Below, piece after piece: positions 51,763 through 61,415 of a DNA stretch of 64,000 nt. The translations under genes and the position numbers were made by a program. The notes beneath the pieces are model-generated. The model had not been told where the DNA came from and did no database searches. It was given only the letters and a program-made list of their open reading frames with translations. Source of the DNA: an uncultured Candidatus Saccharibacteria bacterium (GTDB taxonomy: Bacteria > Patescibacteriota > Minisyncoccia > Phycocordibacterales > UBA2100); NCBI GenBank assembly GCA_964534465.1, contig CAZHOB010000001.1, forward strand, positions 33,870 through 97,869, given 5' to 3'. Each line of letters opens with the position of its first letter. The first letter of the stretch is position 1.

Positions 51763-52967
51763 GCGCTAATTGTAGCAAGACGTTCGTATTTGACGCGCCT
51801 CTCTTGCTTGCGCAGCGCCCCCGCTTTGAGACCGAAAGCACCGGTCGCGTGCGCGAGGTCGGCGATAAAATCGTCCATCGTCTCGCCGCTGCGATGACTG
51901 ATGATGCAGTCGATACCGCGTTCGCGCGCGAGTTTCATCGTGTCGAATACTTCAGTAAGTGTGCCGATCTGATTGGGCTTGATGATGATCGCGCTGATGC
52001 TGCCGAGTTGTATCGCTCGGGAAAGTCGCTCTACATTGGTCGTCGTCAGATCATCACCCACGACGCGTGCCGCGATTTTTTTCTGGAGTTCAGCAAAATC
52101 CTCGAACGATTCCTCGAAGAACGGGTCTTCGATGGAAAGTATCGGGAAATTCGCGCAAAGCTCTGTATAGAGTTCCATGAGCTCGCCACTTGAGAACAAA
52201 TGATTCCCTATTTTATATGCGCCGTCGGTATAAAAAGACGATGCGGCCACGTCGGTGGCTATCTTGACCGTATCCGCGTGCCCGCTCGTGCGAATGGCGG
52301 CCAAAAGCAGCTCGAACGGCACGCGCGGGTCGTGCTCGGGTATGACATACCCGCCTTCGTCGCCCATCTGCGATGCGACGACGGTGCCATACCGTATGCG
52401 AATGATCTCCTCGAGCGCCTGCGCCACCTTTTCTACCATCTCTATGGCCTCGGAGACGGACGCTGTGTCGGGCACGAGCATGTGCTCTTGGAACGCGACC
52501 GGTGAATGGGCGTGTTTGCCGCCGTTGATGTAATTGCAATAGAGGAACGGTGTCGTGCGTGAGGGCTTGAAATTGACGAGTGTACGAAGGTGCTCGTAGG
52601 TCTGGATATTTCGTGTCGCTGCCGCAGCTTTGGCTGCGGCGATGCTGACCCCGATCATCGCATTGCCACCGAGTCGCGACTTATCCGGCGTTCCATCGAG
52701 CTCGCGCAGTATCCTGTCTATCTCGGGTTGTTTTTCCACGTGATGTCCGACGAGCGCGGGCCTGATGATGCCGTGCACGCGCTCTATCGCGGGTCCCACG
52801 TGCCCCTCTTTGTCGCGCAGTTCCTTCGCTTCATGCGAGCCGGTCGATGCGCCCGAAGGCACATGGAACGTGCCGTTGCCGAATTTGGTCATCACGGTCA
52901 CGGAAATGGTCGGATTCTTCCGTGAATCCCGCACTTCTTCAGCGAGTATTTCGAGTATTTCGGTCAT
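51759..52967 (-). CDS. eno: Enolase
   Basis: Full-length enolase (SHRSGETED-like motif ISHRSGETMDDFIADLAHATG). Confidence 0.9.
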   Translation of the reverse strand: MTEILEILAEEVRDSRKNPTISVTVMTKFGNGTFHVPSGASTGSHEAKELRDKEGHVGPAIERVHGIIRPALVGHHVEKQPEIDRILRELDGTPDKSRLGGNAMIGVSIAAAKAAAATRNIQTYEHLRTLVNFKPSRTTPFLYCNYINGGKHAHSPVAFQEHMLVPDTASVSEAIEMVEKVAQALEEIIRIRYGTVVASQMGDEGGYVIPEHDPRVPFELLLAAIRTSGHADTVKIATDVAASSFYTDGAYKIGNHLFSSGELMELYTELCANFPILSIEDPFFEESFEDFAELQKKIAARVVGDDLTTTNVERLSRAIQLGSISAIIIKPNQIGTLTEVFDTMKLARERGIDCIISHRSGETMDDFIADLAHATGAFGLKAGALRKQERRVKYERLATISA

Positions 52968-54250
52968 GGTCGTTTGCGGAGCACAAAATAGAGATCGGAA
53001 ACATTGGAATCGGTAGGGCCGGTGAAAATAAGGTCGCCCGAGTTCTGGAAATAACCGTACGCGTCGAAACTGTCGAGCCGCGCTTCTATTTGCACAAGCG
53101 TTTCCCTGCCCTTGCGCAACGTGTCCTGATCGACGATAGCGCCGGCAGCGTCACAATTATCTCTTCCATCGGACGCAAAAGCAACGAACACGTCGCCCTG
53201 CCCGATCCTCCGTAGCGCTTCGAGTCCCATATACAGGCAGCGGCCGCCTGTGCCGCCCTTACGCGTAACTTTCAGCCGCACCTCGCCACCGACAATGACA
53301 GCGGTCGCGCTGCCGAGCTGTTTTACCATCGTTTCGACGAGTTCCATCGCCTCGATGAGCTCAACGAGCTGATCGTAGTGTGCCGCGCCGGCATCGTGCA
53401 CCGCATAGCCGCGTTTTTGCGCTTCGTCCCGCATAGCGGCGAGTGCCGCCATGTTCGAAACCATGCCCACATTGTGAACATTTTCAAAACGTGAGCGGTC
53501 TTTGGGCGTTTCTTGGAGCGTGTATCCCTCGAAACCGTATGCATCAATAATGGCTTTTGCATCGCTGACCGTGCTTTCGTCTAAATATGTGGGACCGGAT
53601 GCGACGTCTTGAAACCTATCGCCTGGCACGTCGCAAAAAATGAGCCCGATGATGGTGGCGGGATGAAAAAGCGCTGCGAGCCCGCCGCCCTTGACGCCGG
53701 AGATGTGTCGCCGGATAGTATTTACCTCTTCGATGGTCGCACCAACACGCCTTGCATCTTCGTATAATTTTACGCCCTGATCACACTCGCCTTGCGGCCA
53801 GCACAGGAGCGATGAGCCGCCACCCGAAACGACGACAATAACGAGATCCTCCGGTGAAGTGTCCTTGGCCATGTCGACTACTCTTGAAGATGCGTCCACA
53901 TTGATCTGCGAAGGCATGGGATGCGTGCCCTGTGTGACGTCGACTATTTCGCAGGTGCCCGGCCGCACATCGATGGCTATCCCGTCGGTGAGATGCGCAC
54001 GGATGATGCGCTCCACGGTCTCGACCGCCTTGCACGAGGCTTTGCCGAAGCCGAGGAGTCGCACTCTTTTATATGAGGCAAGATCGTATGCGCGACCGTC
54101 GATACTGAGCGTGGTGCCACTCAAAGAAAGTTTCGAGCGAACGACGTATTCGGTATCTATGGCACGGTAGGCGGCCTCCATTATTGCGAGCGCGTCAGAG
54201 CGCATCGCGCTCGTGTTCAACTCATCGAAATTGCGTATCTTGTGCGTCAC
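52964..54250 (-). CDS. Glycerate 2-kinase (MOFRL family)
   Basis: DUF4147 plus MOFRL architecture, VVSGGGSSLL and GGEVRLKVTRKGGTGGR motifs. Confidence 0.8.
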   Translation of the reverse strand: MTHKIRNFDELNTSAMRSDALAIMEAAYRAIDTEYVVRSKLSLSGTTLSIDGRAYDLASYKRVRLLGFGKASCKAVETVERIIRAHLTDGIAIDVRPGTCEIVDVTQGTHPMPSQINVDASSRVVDMAKDTSPEDLVIVVVSGGGSSLLCWPQGECDQGVKLYEDARRVGATIEEVNTIRRHISGVKGGGLAALFHPATIIGLIFCDVPGDRFQDVASGPTYLDESTVSDAKAIIDAYGFEGYTLQETPKDRSRFENVHNVGMVSNMAALAAMRDEAQKRGYAVHDAGAAHYDQLVELIEAMELVETMVKQLGSATAVIVGGEVRLKVTRKGGTGGRCLYMGLEALRRIGQGDVFVAFASDGRDNCDAAGAIVDQDTLRKGRETLVQIEARLDSFDAYGYFQNSGDLIFTGPTDSNVSDLYFVLRKRP

Positions 54251-55245
54251 ACATGTATCGCATTAGACGGATTTCCGCTCAAAAAATTCTTGACGTTGTT
54301 CATGCTCGTCGTGAGGATCTCGCGATAGGCTTCGCGCGAGAAAAATGCGATGTGCGGCGTGATGATGACGTTCGGCATATCCATGAGAATGTGGTTCTGA
54401 AGCAGTGCCTTCAGGTCTTGGATGGATTCGGAGCCTTGCACGAGCTCCATTTCGTCCTTGAGCATGCGCTCGTCTTCGAGCACATCCAATCCCGCGCCAG
54501 AGACAGTACCGCTCTTCAGCGCCTCGAGGAGCGCCTGCGTATCCACGAGCTCGCCGCGCGCGGTATTGATGAGCAACGCGCCTTTTTTCATTTTCGAGAA
54601 CGCCTCCGCGTTCAGTATGTGCTTATTCTCCGGAATATACGGCACGTGTACCGTAACGATATCCGCGCCGGCGAGCAATTCATCGAGCGGCACGTATTTT
54701 GCATTTTCATTTTCGAGTTTGGCATCGGGAAATTTGTCCATCATTAATACCTTCATGCCGAATCCCTGCGCGATGAGAGCGACATTGCGGCCGATGGCAC
54801 CGGTGCCGAGCACGCCGAGCGTTTTACCGAAGAGGTCGAAACCTTCGAGCGCCTCGGTCTTGAACGAGCCCTTCTCGCGTACTTGAAATGCCGCGTTGAA
54901 AATGTGGCGCGTGAGCGAAAGCATGAGCGCAAAGGTAAATTCTGCCACCGTGCGTGCGCCATAGCGCGGCACATTGCAAACTACGATCCCCTTCTGTGCG
55001 GCATACGCCACGTCGATATGATCCACTCCCGTGGAACGCGCAACTATCAGTTTGAGTTTCGGAAGCGCATCAATAAGCTCTTTGCTCATGCCGGAAGAAA
55101 CGAATACTGAAATAATTTCAGCCTCCGCGTACTGCGAAATAGTCGCCGCAGAGACGGGCGCTTCCACATAGGTAATGGCGTCATCCTGTATCCCGCCAAA
55201 AACCTCTTTGCACGGCGCGTCGGCATCGAATACTACGATATGCAT
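54247..55245 (-). CDS. D-isomer-specific 2-hydroxyacid dehydrogenase (hydroxypyruvate/glycerate dehydrogenase-like)
   Basis: LGVLGTGAIGRNVA NAD-binding fold and catalytic R/E/H positions. Confidence 0.85.
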   Translation of the reverse strand: MHIVVFDADAPCKEVFGGIQDDAITYVEAPVSAATISQYAEAEIISVFVSSGMSKELIDALPKLKLIVARSTGVDHIDVAYAAQKGIVVCNVPRYGARTVAEFTFALMLSLTRHIFNAAFQVREKGSFKTEALEGFDLFGKTLGVLGTGAIGRNVALIAQGFGMKVLMMDKFPDAKLENENAKYVPLDELLAGADIVTVHVPYIPENKHILNAEAFSKMKKGALLINTARGELVDTQALLEALKSGTVSGAGLDVLEDERMLKDEMELVQGSESIQDLKALLQNHILMDMPNVIITPHIAFFSREAYREILTTSMNNVKNFLSGNPSNAIHV

Positions 55246-55309
55246 GGCTGCTATTGTAGCATCACTCGTTCCATGCTTTCATCCTACACAGTGGATCAGG
55301 GAGTAAACG

Positions 55310-57085
55310 ATGCATCCCGTACTTCAGCGTTCAGCGGAACTCTACGCGCGCGCAAAAAAAAGTTATCGACAAAAGCGCTTTTTGACCTACGTAAAACGGA
55401 TCGACAATGTGATCTCGAATAATTGGTCGGATCGCCAAGCATTCTTCAGCGAAGCGCAGCAATTGCGCGCAAAAGCCGATCCAAAGGCACTGCGGCATCT
55501 CTGGATATTTTCCCACTCATCGCTCGCGGTGTTCGAGGAATTCATCCTCGATGCGCTTATGAGGAAAACATTTGCCGATGTCCTCGACATGGTGGAGGAG
55601 CCGCGGCTCTTTCATCCGGCCATCGAGTTCTCTCTGCAACTCTTCGGAAGAAATGTGACAAAGAGAGCGAGCAATCCGGATCTTTTGCCCGAGAACAAGT
55701 GGGCCGATACGGCCAATTACTTTTTCGGCAAATATGAGAATCTCCTTCGAAGAAGAGACCTGAAGTACTTCGTCGAAAAAGAGAGCGTCGTAGAGCTCGT
55801 TCCGATGCCGCAGATGGATGAAGAATCCGCTGCGCGGCTCATACCCGCAAAGAAGCGCGAGTTCGCGCCGCAGCACTTCAAACTCCACGCGTACTCGATG
55901 CCCTTTCGCGTTCTCCACTCAGGGCTAATGCTCTCAGATTTCATCGATGCAATAGCAGAGCGCATCGATGTGGTCATCAAAGATGTCGAGTGGAAAGATC
56001 AGCCCGCTGATTGGCGCTCGGTCGACCGCCTCTCCTACTTTCTGATGCAAGCCGCTGAGAAGGGCTACTGGCCGCTTTTCCGCGAAGTTCCGCGTGAAGT
56101 GATGTCGGCAAAACGCATCACCATGTGTTACAACGGCTGCCAGCCCTCTGTCATCAAGGAGGTCTTCGAATCCCGCATTGGCGACACAGTGGACTGGGAA
56201 AAAAGCCTGCGACGCACGATGAACGGCAGATTGCCCGTCGGACTCAAGCTTCACTTCACAAAACCGACGAACCTGCAGGAGGTATTCAAGCACTCGATGT
56301 TCAAGCTGGAAGGTGCCGCGAATACGGTGATCCTACCGCCACTGGGCAGTATTGAGGTTGTAGCGGAGATACTTGAACGGATCGAAAAAATGTGGGGCCA
56401 GCCTATCCTCGGCAATCCCGACGTGCAGATACAGGTATGCAGTGGAGTCGAGCTCGATCAACGATACGCGGCACTGCTCGGTATTTGTTTTTACCTCGGC
56501 TCCGACAAGATCCGCCGATATCGCAGTGGCGATTTCGTGACATCGCACTCCGAAACGGGCGGACGGCTCGTGGTCTACGGCGTGCCCGGCATGATCGAGC
56601 GTGAGTTTGCATGGTGGGACAAAGACCACAAAGGTAAGCTCGTCTCGACGGACATTCCGTATTCGATCACACGTCGCACCGACGTGCTCACCTGCACGAG
56701 CCTGCTCGATATCGACAACGTAAATCTCATCTCTACATTGCTCGGACACTCGCAGCACAACGGATTTTGGGGAGACATGGGTCGGCGCTTTGCCGTCGAC
56801 GTCGAGAATCTGCTCAAAGAGCATGACCTCTCGGGCTTGCTCGCCGTAGACTGGATATTCCGCAATGAAGCGGCCGTCGATAAACGCGATCGCGACGGCA
56901 CGCTTTTCTTCGACATGTTCAGCGAGCTCATGGAGTATGCGTTCGCCGAATATGAGAGAATAGAAGAAGCCAAAAAGCGCGGTGATACTGCAGCGGCAGA
57001 GAACGGTATCTTACTGCAGATGCAAAATCTTCTGCAGAAGTACCGTGCCGAGCACAGAGCACTCGCACAAAAGGAGCAACCATGA
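55310..57085 (+). CDS. Large hypothetical protein (591 aa), no recognisable domain
   Basis: Long uninterrupted ORF transcribed divergently from the glycolytic operon. Confidence 0.6.
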   Translation: MHPVLQRSAELYARAKKSYRQKRFLTYVKRIDNVISNNWSDRQAFFSEAQQLRAKADPKALRHLWIFSHSSLAVFEEFILDALMRKTFADVLDMVEEPRLFHPAIEFSLQLFGRNVTKRASNPDLLPENKWADTANYFFGKYENLLRRRDLKYFVEKESVVELVPMPQMDEESAARLIPAKKREFAPQHFKLHAYSMPFRVLHSGLMLSDFIDAIAERIDVVIKDVEWKDQPADWRSVDRLSYFLMQAAEKGYWPLFREVPREVMSAKRITMCYNGCQPSVIKEVFESRIGDTVDWEKSLRRTMNGRLPVGLKLHFTKPTNLQEVFKHSMFKLEGAANTVILPPLGSIEVVAEILERIEKMWGQPILGNPDVQIQVCSGVELDQRYAALLGICFYLGSDKIRRYRSGDFVTSHSETGGRLVVYGVPGMIEREFAWWDKDHKGKLVSTDIPYSITRRTDVLTCTSLLDIDNVNLISTLLGHSQHNGFWGDMGRRFAVDVENLLKEHDLSGLLAVDWIFRNEAAVDKRDRDGTLFFDMFSELMEYAFAEYERIEEAKKRGDTAAAENGILLQMQNLLQKYRAEHRALAQKEQP

Positions 57086-57258
57086 GTACGATGCATCAGC
57101 CGGGCGCGAAGCCCTTTGAGGTCCCCGAAACGGTACCGAATCCTGCCGTCCCGCAGGTGGTGCCGCAGGAACCCCAAAAAGCCCCCGCAAAAAAAGAGCC
57201 GGTCAAGGTACCGGAGAAGGTCAGTGCCGCCCCCGAAGGGCGGCATTTCTTTTTTTAA
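57082..57258 (+). CDS. Small proline-rich protein (58 aa), translationally coupled
   Basis: ATGA overlap with the upstream stop; AAGGAG SD 6 nt upstream; ends inside a terminator hairpin. Confidence 0.45.
   Translation: MSTMHQPGAKPFEVPETVPNPAVPQVVPQEPQKAPAKKEPVKVPEKVSAAPEGRHFFF
57227..57258 (+). terminator. Rho-independent terminator
   Basis: GCCGCCC-CCGAA-GGGCGGC followed by ATTTCTTTTTTT. Confidence 0.7.
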
Positions 57259-57267
57259 TATGTTCTA

Positions 57268-57300
57268 AAAAAGAAAGACCGCCGAGTAGCTCGGCGGTCG
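57268..57300 (-). terminator. Rho-independent terminator (minus strand) for the gene at 57313-57948
   Basis: GACCGCCGAG-TAGC-TCGGCGGTC followed by TTTCTTTTTT on the minus strand. Confidence 0.65.
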
Positions 57301-57312
57301 ATGCATTAAAGA

Positions 57313-57948
57313 TTACCATTCCCATTTTTCGTCGCGGCCGACGAAGGCGAAGAAGAGCAGAGCGAGCCCTATGCCGGCGATCAGCGCTGTAAAGAACCAA
57401 CTTAGGAGAAGATCATGTCTCTCACGAGCTTCTTTTGCGCCCTCGATCTCTTGTGCGCTGGTCGTGAAGGAGTTGGCACCAGCGTCGAAAGTCGTCCGAC
57501 AGCGATAGAACTCCGCGCACGTGAAGGGAATTTCTTCACTCGCAATGAGGTAGACATCCGTTCCCGGTTTCTTGACGAGATAGTAGATCTGCCACGGCTC
57601 CACCTCTTCATCTGCGCCGTCAGCCATTTTGTTCTTCTGCCATCCCGCCCAATACGATGCCACATAGGGCGCGTTCGCCGCATGAATTTTGAATTCGTCC
57701 ATACTAACGACCGTATATGGCGCGCCAAAAACGATAGGCTCCTCCCGCGCGACCACCTGCACCTGCGGTGTCTGCCACATGGTGAATGTGATCGGCTCCG
57801 GCGCGATCATCGGCCTGTAGTGCGGACCCGTGGAGGCTATCAGCGCACCAAGTCCGAGGAGCAGTGCTCCAAAGAAAGTCTGAACCGGATGGTTCTTGAG
57901 CATGGCGAGAATGCCATTCTGTCGCGTGTCTGCCGTTACAGCGTTCAT
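57313..57948 (-). CDS. Hypothetical membrane protein (2 TM)
   Basis: 211 aa with N- and C-terminal TM helices. Confidence 0.5.
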   Translation of the reverse strand: MNAVTADTRQNGILAMLKNHPVQTFFGALLLGLGALIASTGPHYRPMIAPEPITFTMWQTPQVQVVAREEPIVFGAPYTVVSMDEFKIHAANAPYVASYWAGWQKNKMADGADEEVEPWQIYYLVKKPGTDVYLIASEEIPFTCAEFYRCRTTFDAGANSFTTSAQEIEGAKEARERHDLLLSWFFTALIAGIGLALLFFAFVGRDEKWEW

Positions 57949-58124
57949 TTCCCGACTCCTTTATGCGCCCTGTTGAGGCGTTCCTGTGCGAAATATAAAC
58001 ACAGAAAAACAGGAGACGCTACCCTTGTGGGCTCCGGCGAAGGGCTATTGAACCATTACGATACCTTGACAAACGGACATTAAATGATACTATATAAACA
58101 GCATTCATCTAACGGGAGGCTTAC

Positions 58125-58520
58125 ATGAGCCATAATTACTACGTTCGTGTCGCGCAAAAAAGAACCGTTGATCCCCTCTACGAGGAGCGTCTTCCGCAGG
58201 TCGACGAGGTCCTTGCTCGCTTTCACGTCAAATTCGAAGACGAGGAGAGAAAGCAGGACTTCTTACAAGACCTACTCAACGCTCTCGATGTCGGCGATAT
58301 GCGTGTCGTGGAACGCTGCTCGGTGGAGCACCTTGGAAAATGGAGCGGCGCGGGGACATTCACCTTCGCCAAGACCGCTGCGGAGATAGAGAGCTATCCG
58401 GCGGATGCGATCGTCGATGACACGTATGGCCGGACGATGACGATGGCTCAATTTCGGCATCAGTTGAAAACGAAGGGCAAGGATTTCCGTTTCAACTCGA
58501 TCGGCAAAGAATTCTCCTGA
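58125..58520 (+). CDS. Hypothetical protein
   Basis: 131 aa with GGGAGG SD, followed by a terminator at 58536-58568 (ATGAGCTCCC-CACAA-GGGAGCTCAT T8). Confidence 0.5.
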   Translation: MSHNYYVRVAQKRTVDPLYEERLPQVDEVLARFHVKFEDEERKQDFLQDLLNALDVGDMRVVERCSVEHLGKWSGAGTFTFAKTAAEIESYPADAIVDDTYGRTMTMAQFRHQLKTKGKDFRFNSIGKEFS

Positions 58521-58848
58521 GCCGATCTCGCTTGCATGAGCTCCCCACAAGGGAGCTCATTTTTTTGTGGACTCCAGCGACATTTTTTCGAACCTCGCGC
58601 TCAGGGACCTTATACGGCTTCAGGAGATACTCGGTCAAAGAGTGGATCGGCTGAAGGCAGAGGCTGAAGCAGCGAGTCCGGCGACCATGCCCGTTGATCC
58701 GGCAAATAGCACCACTACCGCAGTAGAGTAGAACACAGCATGCGGTAGGTAGTGTGCAGCGTGCAGTGGGTCGTGTGCAGTAGGACGCAGTAGCTGGCAG
58801 AGGGTGGGGCATCGGGAAACAGGACCACCACATGCTAACCTTGTGAAT

Positions 58849-59520
58849 ATGCGCCAAAAAGAGGCTATAACGCAGAACCCAATCTTATGGTTAGCGCTTG
58901 CACTCATGATCCTATTTGTGCTTTTGACGGCGATGCAGCAACTCGTGCCGCTGCCGGGAGTCATTGCGCACTTCGTATTCATGGCAGGTACCGTCTTAGG
59001 AATGCCCTTTGGTCTGTCTCTCCTCATCTCGTTCGCTATGTTGTTTTCGTGGAGACATTACCACCATTTTTATTTGCCGTTCTTGATCAGTGCCCTCACC
59101 TTCGTCTTTCTGTATTTCACCTGGATGGTTTGGACGCCTACTCACACGTCAACGATGAACGGCGATCGGGATATGTTTTACTATCACACCGGCGTTGAGC
59201 TGCCCGGTGCGATCACAGACGTGAAAGATTTTGACGACATCGGTGGCTTTCCCGCTGATGGTGACGCAGAGCTTTCTTTCCACATGAACGCGAGCGATAT
59301 GCAGAAATGGATGCTTTCCAGCGGCCTCAAGTGGAAGAGTGGCCCGCATGATAAAAGCGGAGATGTGCTCAATACATTTACCGATAACGGATCCCTGACC
59401 TTCAAAGATAGTGCCGACATCGAATACGTTACCATCGAGCGTGAGTCACCATCCAACGTAACGACCATATTTGTGAATCAAAAAGAAGGGTGGGTGCTCG
59501 TCAGAGATCACGACATATAG
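58849..59520 (+). CDS. Hypothetical membrane protein (3 TM plus a C-terminal soluble domain)
   Basis: ATG at 58849 (MRQKEAITQNPILWLAL...). Confidence 0.5.
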   Translation: MRQKEAITQNPILWLALALMILFVLLTAMQQLVPLPGVIAHFVFMAGTVLGMPFGLSLLISFAMLFSWRHYHHFYLPFLISALTFVFLYFTWMVWTPTHTSTMNGDRDMFYYHTGVELPGAITDVKDFDDIGGFPADGDAELSFHMNASDMQKWMLSSGLKWKSGPHDKSGDVLNTFTDNGSLTFKDSADIEYVTIERESPSNVTTIFVNQKEGWVLVRDHDI

Positions 59521-59542
59521 GCCGTGCACACCGGACCGTTAG

Positions 59543-59800
59543 TTAATGGAACCAAGTCAGTGGCCACCACCACAAGTACGACCATACGCCCGCACCTACG
59601 AGTGTTGCACCGGTTAGCACGTACGCGATGAACCACTCCACCTTTGGGTGAAGCTCGATGCCGGCGCGATCGCAAATGAAGGCTATTAGTGCACGGTACG
59701 TCCAGTGCGTGATGCTGCCGATCGCTCGCATCGTCGCAGACATCGTAGCTGCGATGAGATCACCGAGCAGATCACCTATGTTGTTACCGCGACGGGCCAT
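59543..59800 (-). CDS. Small 2-TM membrane protein (or the frameshifted C-terminus of the upstream membrane gene)
   Basis: Overlaps the end of 59784-60332 in another frame; W-rich TM helices. Confidence 0.3.
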   Translation of the reverse strand: MARRGNNIGDLLGDLIAATMSATMRAIGSITHWTYRALIAFICDRAGIELHPKVEWFIAYVLTGATLVGAGVWSYLWWWPLTWFH

Positions 59801-60332
59801 TCGCTGAGAATATCGTCGGACTGCCGACGCGTCTATAACCGTCCTGACGTCTATGATCTGCACAAGGAGAGAGCACTATGGCCACTGCGAGGAAGGCCGC
59901 ACCCAGGTATAAAAGTACGTAGGTCGAAGAGAAAAAGCTCCCGTCGCCGCCGTCTGTCCCTGCCTTTTTCCATTTCTCCGGATATACGGACTCTTTCTCA
60001 TCATCGAAGATGCCGACGTCATACAACCCAAGTGCAGTCTCGATACGCACGGCGGCTTTCTGTTGCCCCTTGAAGCCAACGTGCAGATCCTGGAGATATA
60101 CGTGTCGGAGCACAATGACTGCGATGCCGATACCAATGAGATACATGAATTTTCTTTCTGGCGACAGAACGACACCGCTCTGGAGAACCCAGGCTCCGGC
60201 CGTCGCGAGGAGCCCGAGTGCCCAAATTCCGATATTCTGCACTCGCTCTCGAATTGCCTTCGTGGATGAATAGCGCTCGTTCAACGCTGCGATAAGAACA
60301 TCTGTCTTTTTTGATGAGTCGGAGTCTTTCAT
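59784..60332 (-). CDS. 3-TM membrane protein, 4 nt downstream of the nucleotidyltransferase (candidate effector)
   Basis: 182 aa; start 4 nt after the upstream gene's stop; three hydrophobic helices. Confidence 0.45.
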   Translation of the reverse strand: MKDSDSSKKTDVLIAALNERYSSTKAIRERVQNIGIWALGLLATAGAWVLQSGVVLSPERKFMYLIGIGIAVIVLRHVYLQDLHVGFKGQQKAAVRIETALGLYDVGIFDDEKESVYPEKWKKAGTDGGDGSFFSSTYVLLYLGAAFLAVAIVLSPCADHRRQDGYRRVGSPTIFSANGPSR

Positions 60333-60335
60333 GGC

Positions 60336-61220
60336 TTATTGCGTGACATGTGACCATGCCTGGAGCATAAAGTCACGCGCACGAGCTGGTGTTCGCGGTG
60401 TATTTCCCCTGAATAACCATTTAAGATCGCTCACCTCGGCGTAGTCATTCGCGACATTAGCGTTATCCATGTCGTCATAAACCTTATCCAGTACCGCGAG
60501 GGCGATGTCGCGGTATGAGCGATCCCCCGCGAAGGTATCGGGAGGAACATTCCAGATAAGACATTCGATGAAAAACGATGGCATATCCCCGCCGCGCAGA
60601 AGCCCTTTGTCCTTAAGGTCGTTGCGAAGATTTTTGAATATGCGTACCACCGACTTGAATCGGCGCGATGTGCTCTCGTTTTTGGCTATGCCGTTATCGT
60701 AATGCTGCTCCGGATAGCTATAGATCGTCTGGTTGTCGTCTGTAATGAGGCCGATGCCTTCGGCGGCAGATACACCAAATGAGCGATATCGGGTATGGGG
60801 AAAAGCAGGCACAACGTCGGCATGAACTCGTGTTGAGCTACCTCCGACACGAACGCATTTATTTTTTCTTTCGACACCACCGAACTCTTCGCGAAGAACG
60901 TTATACACTTCGGCCTTGAACTGAGGGAAGGTGTATGTAGCGGGACTCGAGACACTCTTATGCAGCTCCTTGTCCGCCGGCGTCAACGCAGAAATGTCCG
61001 GAAAATAAGTCGCATCGTGAATGACTGCGAGGTCCACATCGCTATCGAGACGGATGTTCGTGCGGTTGTGATGCGATCCCTGGCGGATGAAGGAAATGCG
61101 GTCGCCGAAGTGTGATCGGAGCGCCTCGCTGATATCGCTTATGGCATTAGTGCATCTTTCGCTCTCCGTCTCGCTCGGAGGGTTTGCCCATCTTGTTATT
61201 TGGTCGTTGTTTATACTCAT
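60336..61220 (-). CDS. cGAS/DncV-like nucleotidyltransferase (CD-NTase / SMODS-like)
   Basis: SFIRQGSHHNRTNIRLDSDVDLAVI (GS ... [DE]h[DE]h) plus third acidic motif VHADVVPAF; 294 aa with a helical C-terminal domain. Confidence 0.65.
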   Translation of the reverse strand: MSINNDQITRWANPPSETESERCTNAISDISEALRSHFGDRISFIRQGSHHNRTNIRLDSDVDLAVIHDATYFPDISALTPADKELHKSVSSPATYTFPQFKAEVYNVLREEFGGVERKNKCVRVGGSSTRVHADVVPAFPHTRYRSFGVSAAEGIGLITDDNQTIYSYPEQHYDNGIAKNESTSRRFKSVVRIFKNLRNDLKDKGLLRGGDMPSFFIECLIWNVPPDTFAGDRSYRDIALAVLDKVYDDMDNANVANDYAEVSDLKWLFRGNTPRTPARARDFMLQAWSHVTQ

Positions 61221-61232
61221 GACGCGCCGTTT

Positions 61233-61415
61233 TCATGGCACGTTCATCTTGACAAAACGGTAGTGGAAAGCAACCGGCATGAAAATACCCCCGGCCGCTT
61301 TCGCAGCCGAGGGCATAACGCGCACATACACTAATTCCTGAGAGCTCCACCAATAGATCGCGGCGGCAAGGAGCAGGCCGATCGCGAAGAAGAACAAGCG
61401 CCAGTGCCATCTCAT
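61233..61415 (-). CDS. Small 60-aa single/double-TM protein
   Basis: MRWHWRLFFFAIGLLLAAAIYWW; ATGA-coupled to the upstream gene. Confidence 0.3.
   Translation of the reverse strand: MRWHWRLFFFAIGLLLAAAIYWWSSQELVYVRVMPSAAKAAGGIFMPVAFHYRFVKMNVP

Noticed and set aside
58567-58737. 56-aa GTG-initiated ORF with a coiled-coil-like sequence upstream of the 58849 membrane gene
   Set aside because: Its start lies inside the terminator hairpin of the preceding gene, and there is no RBS.
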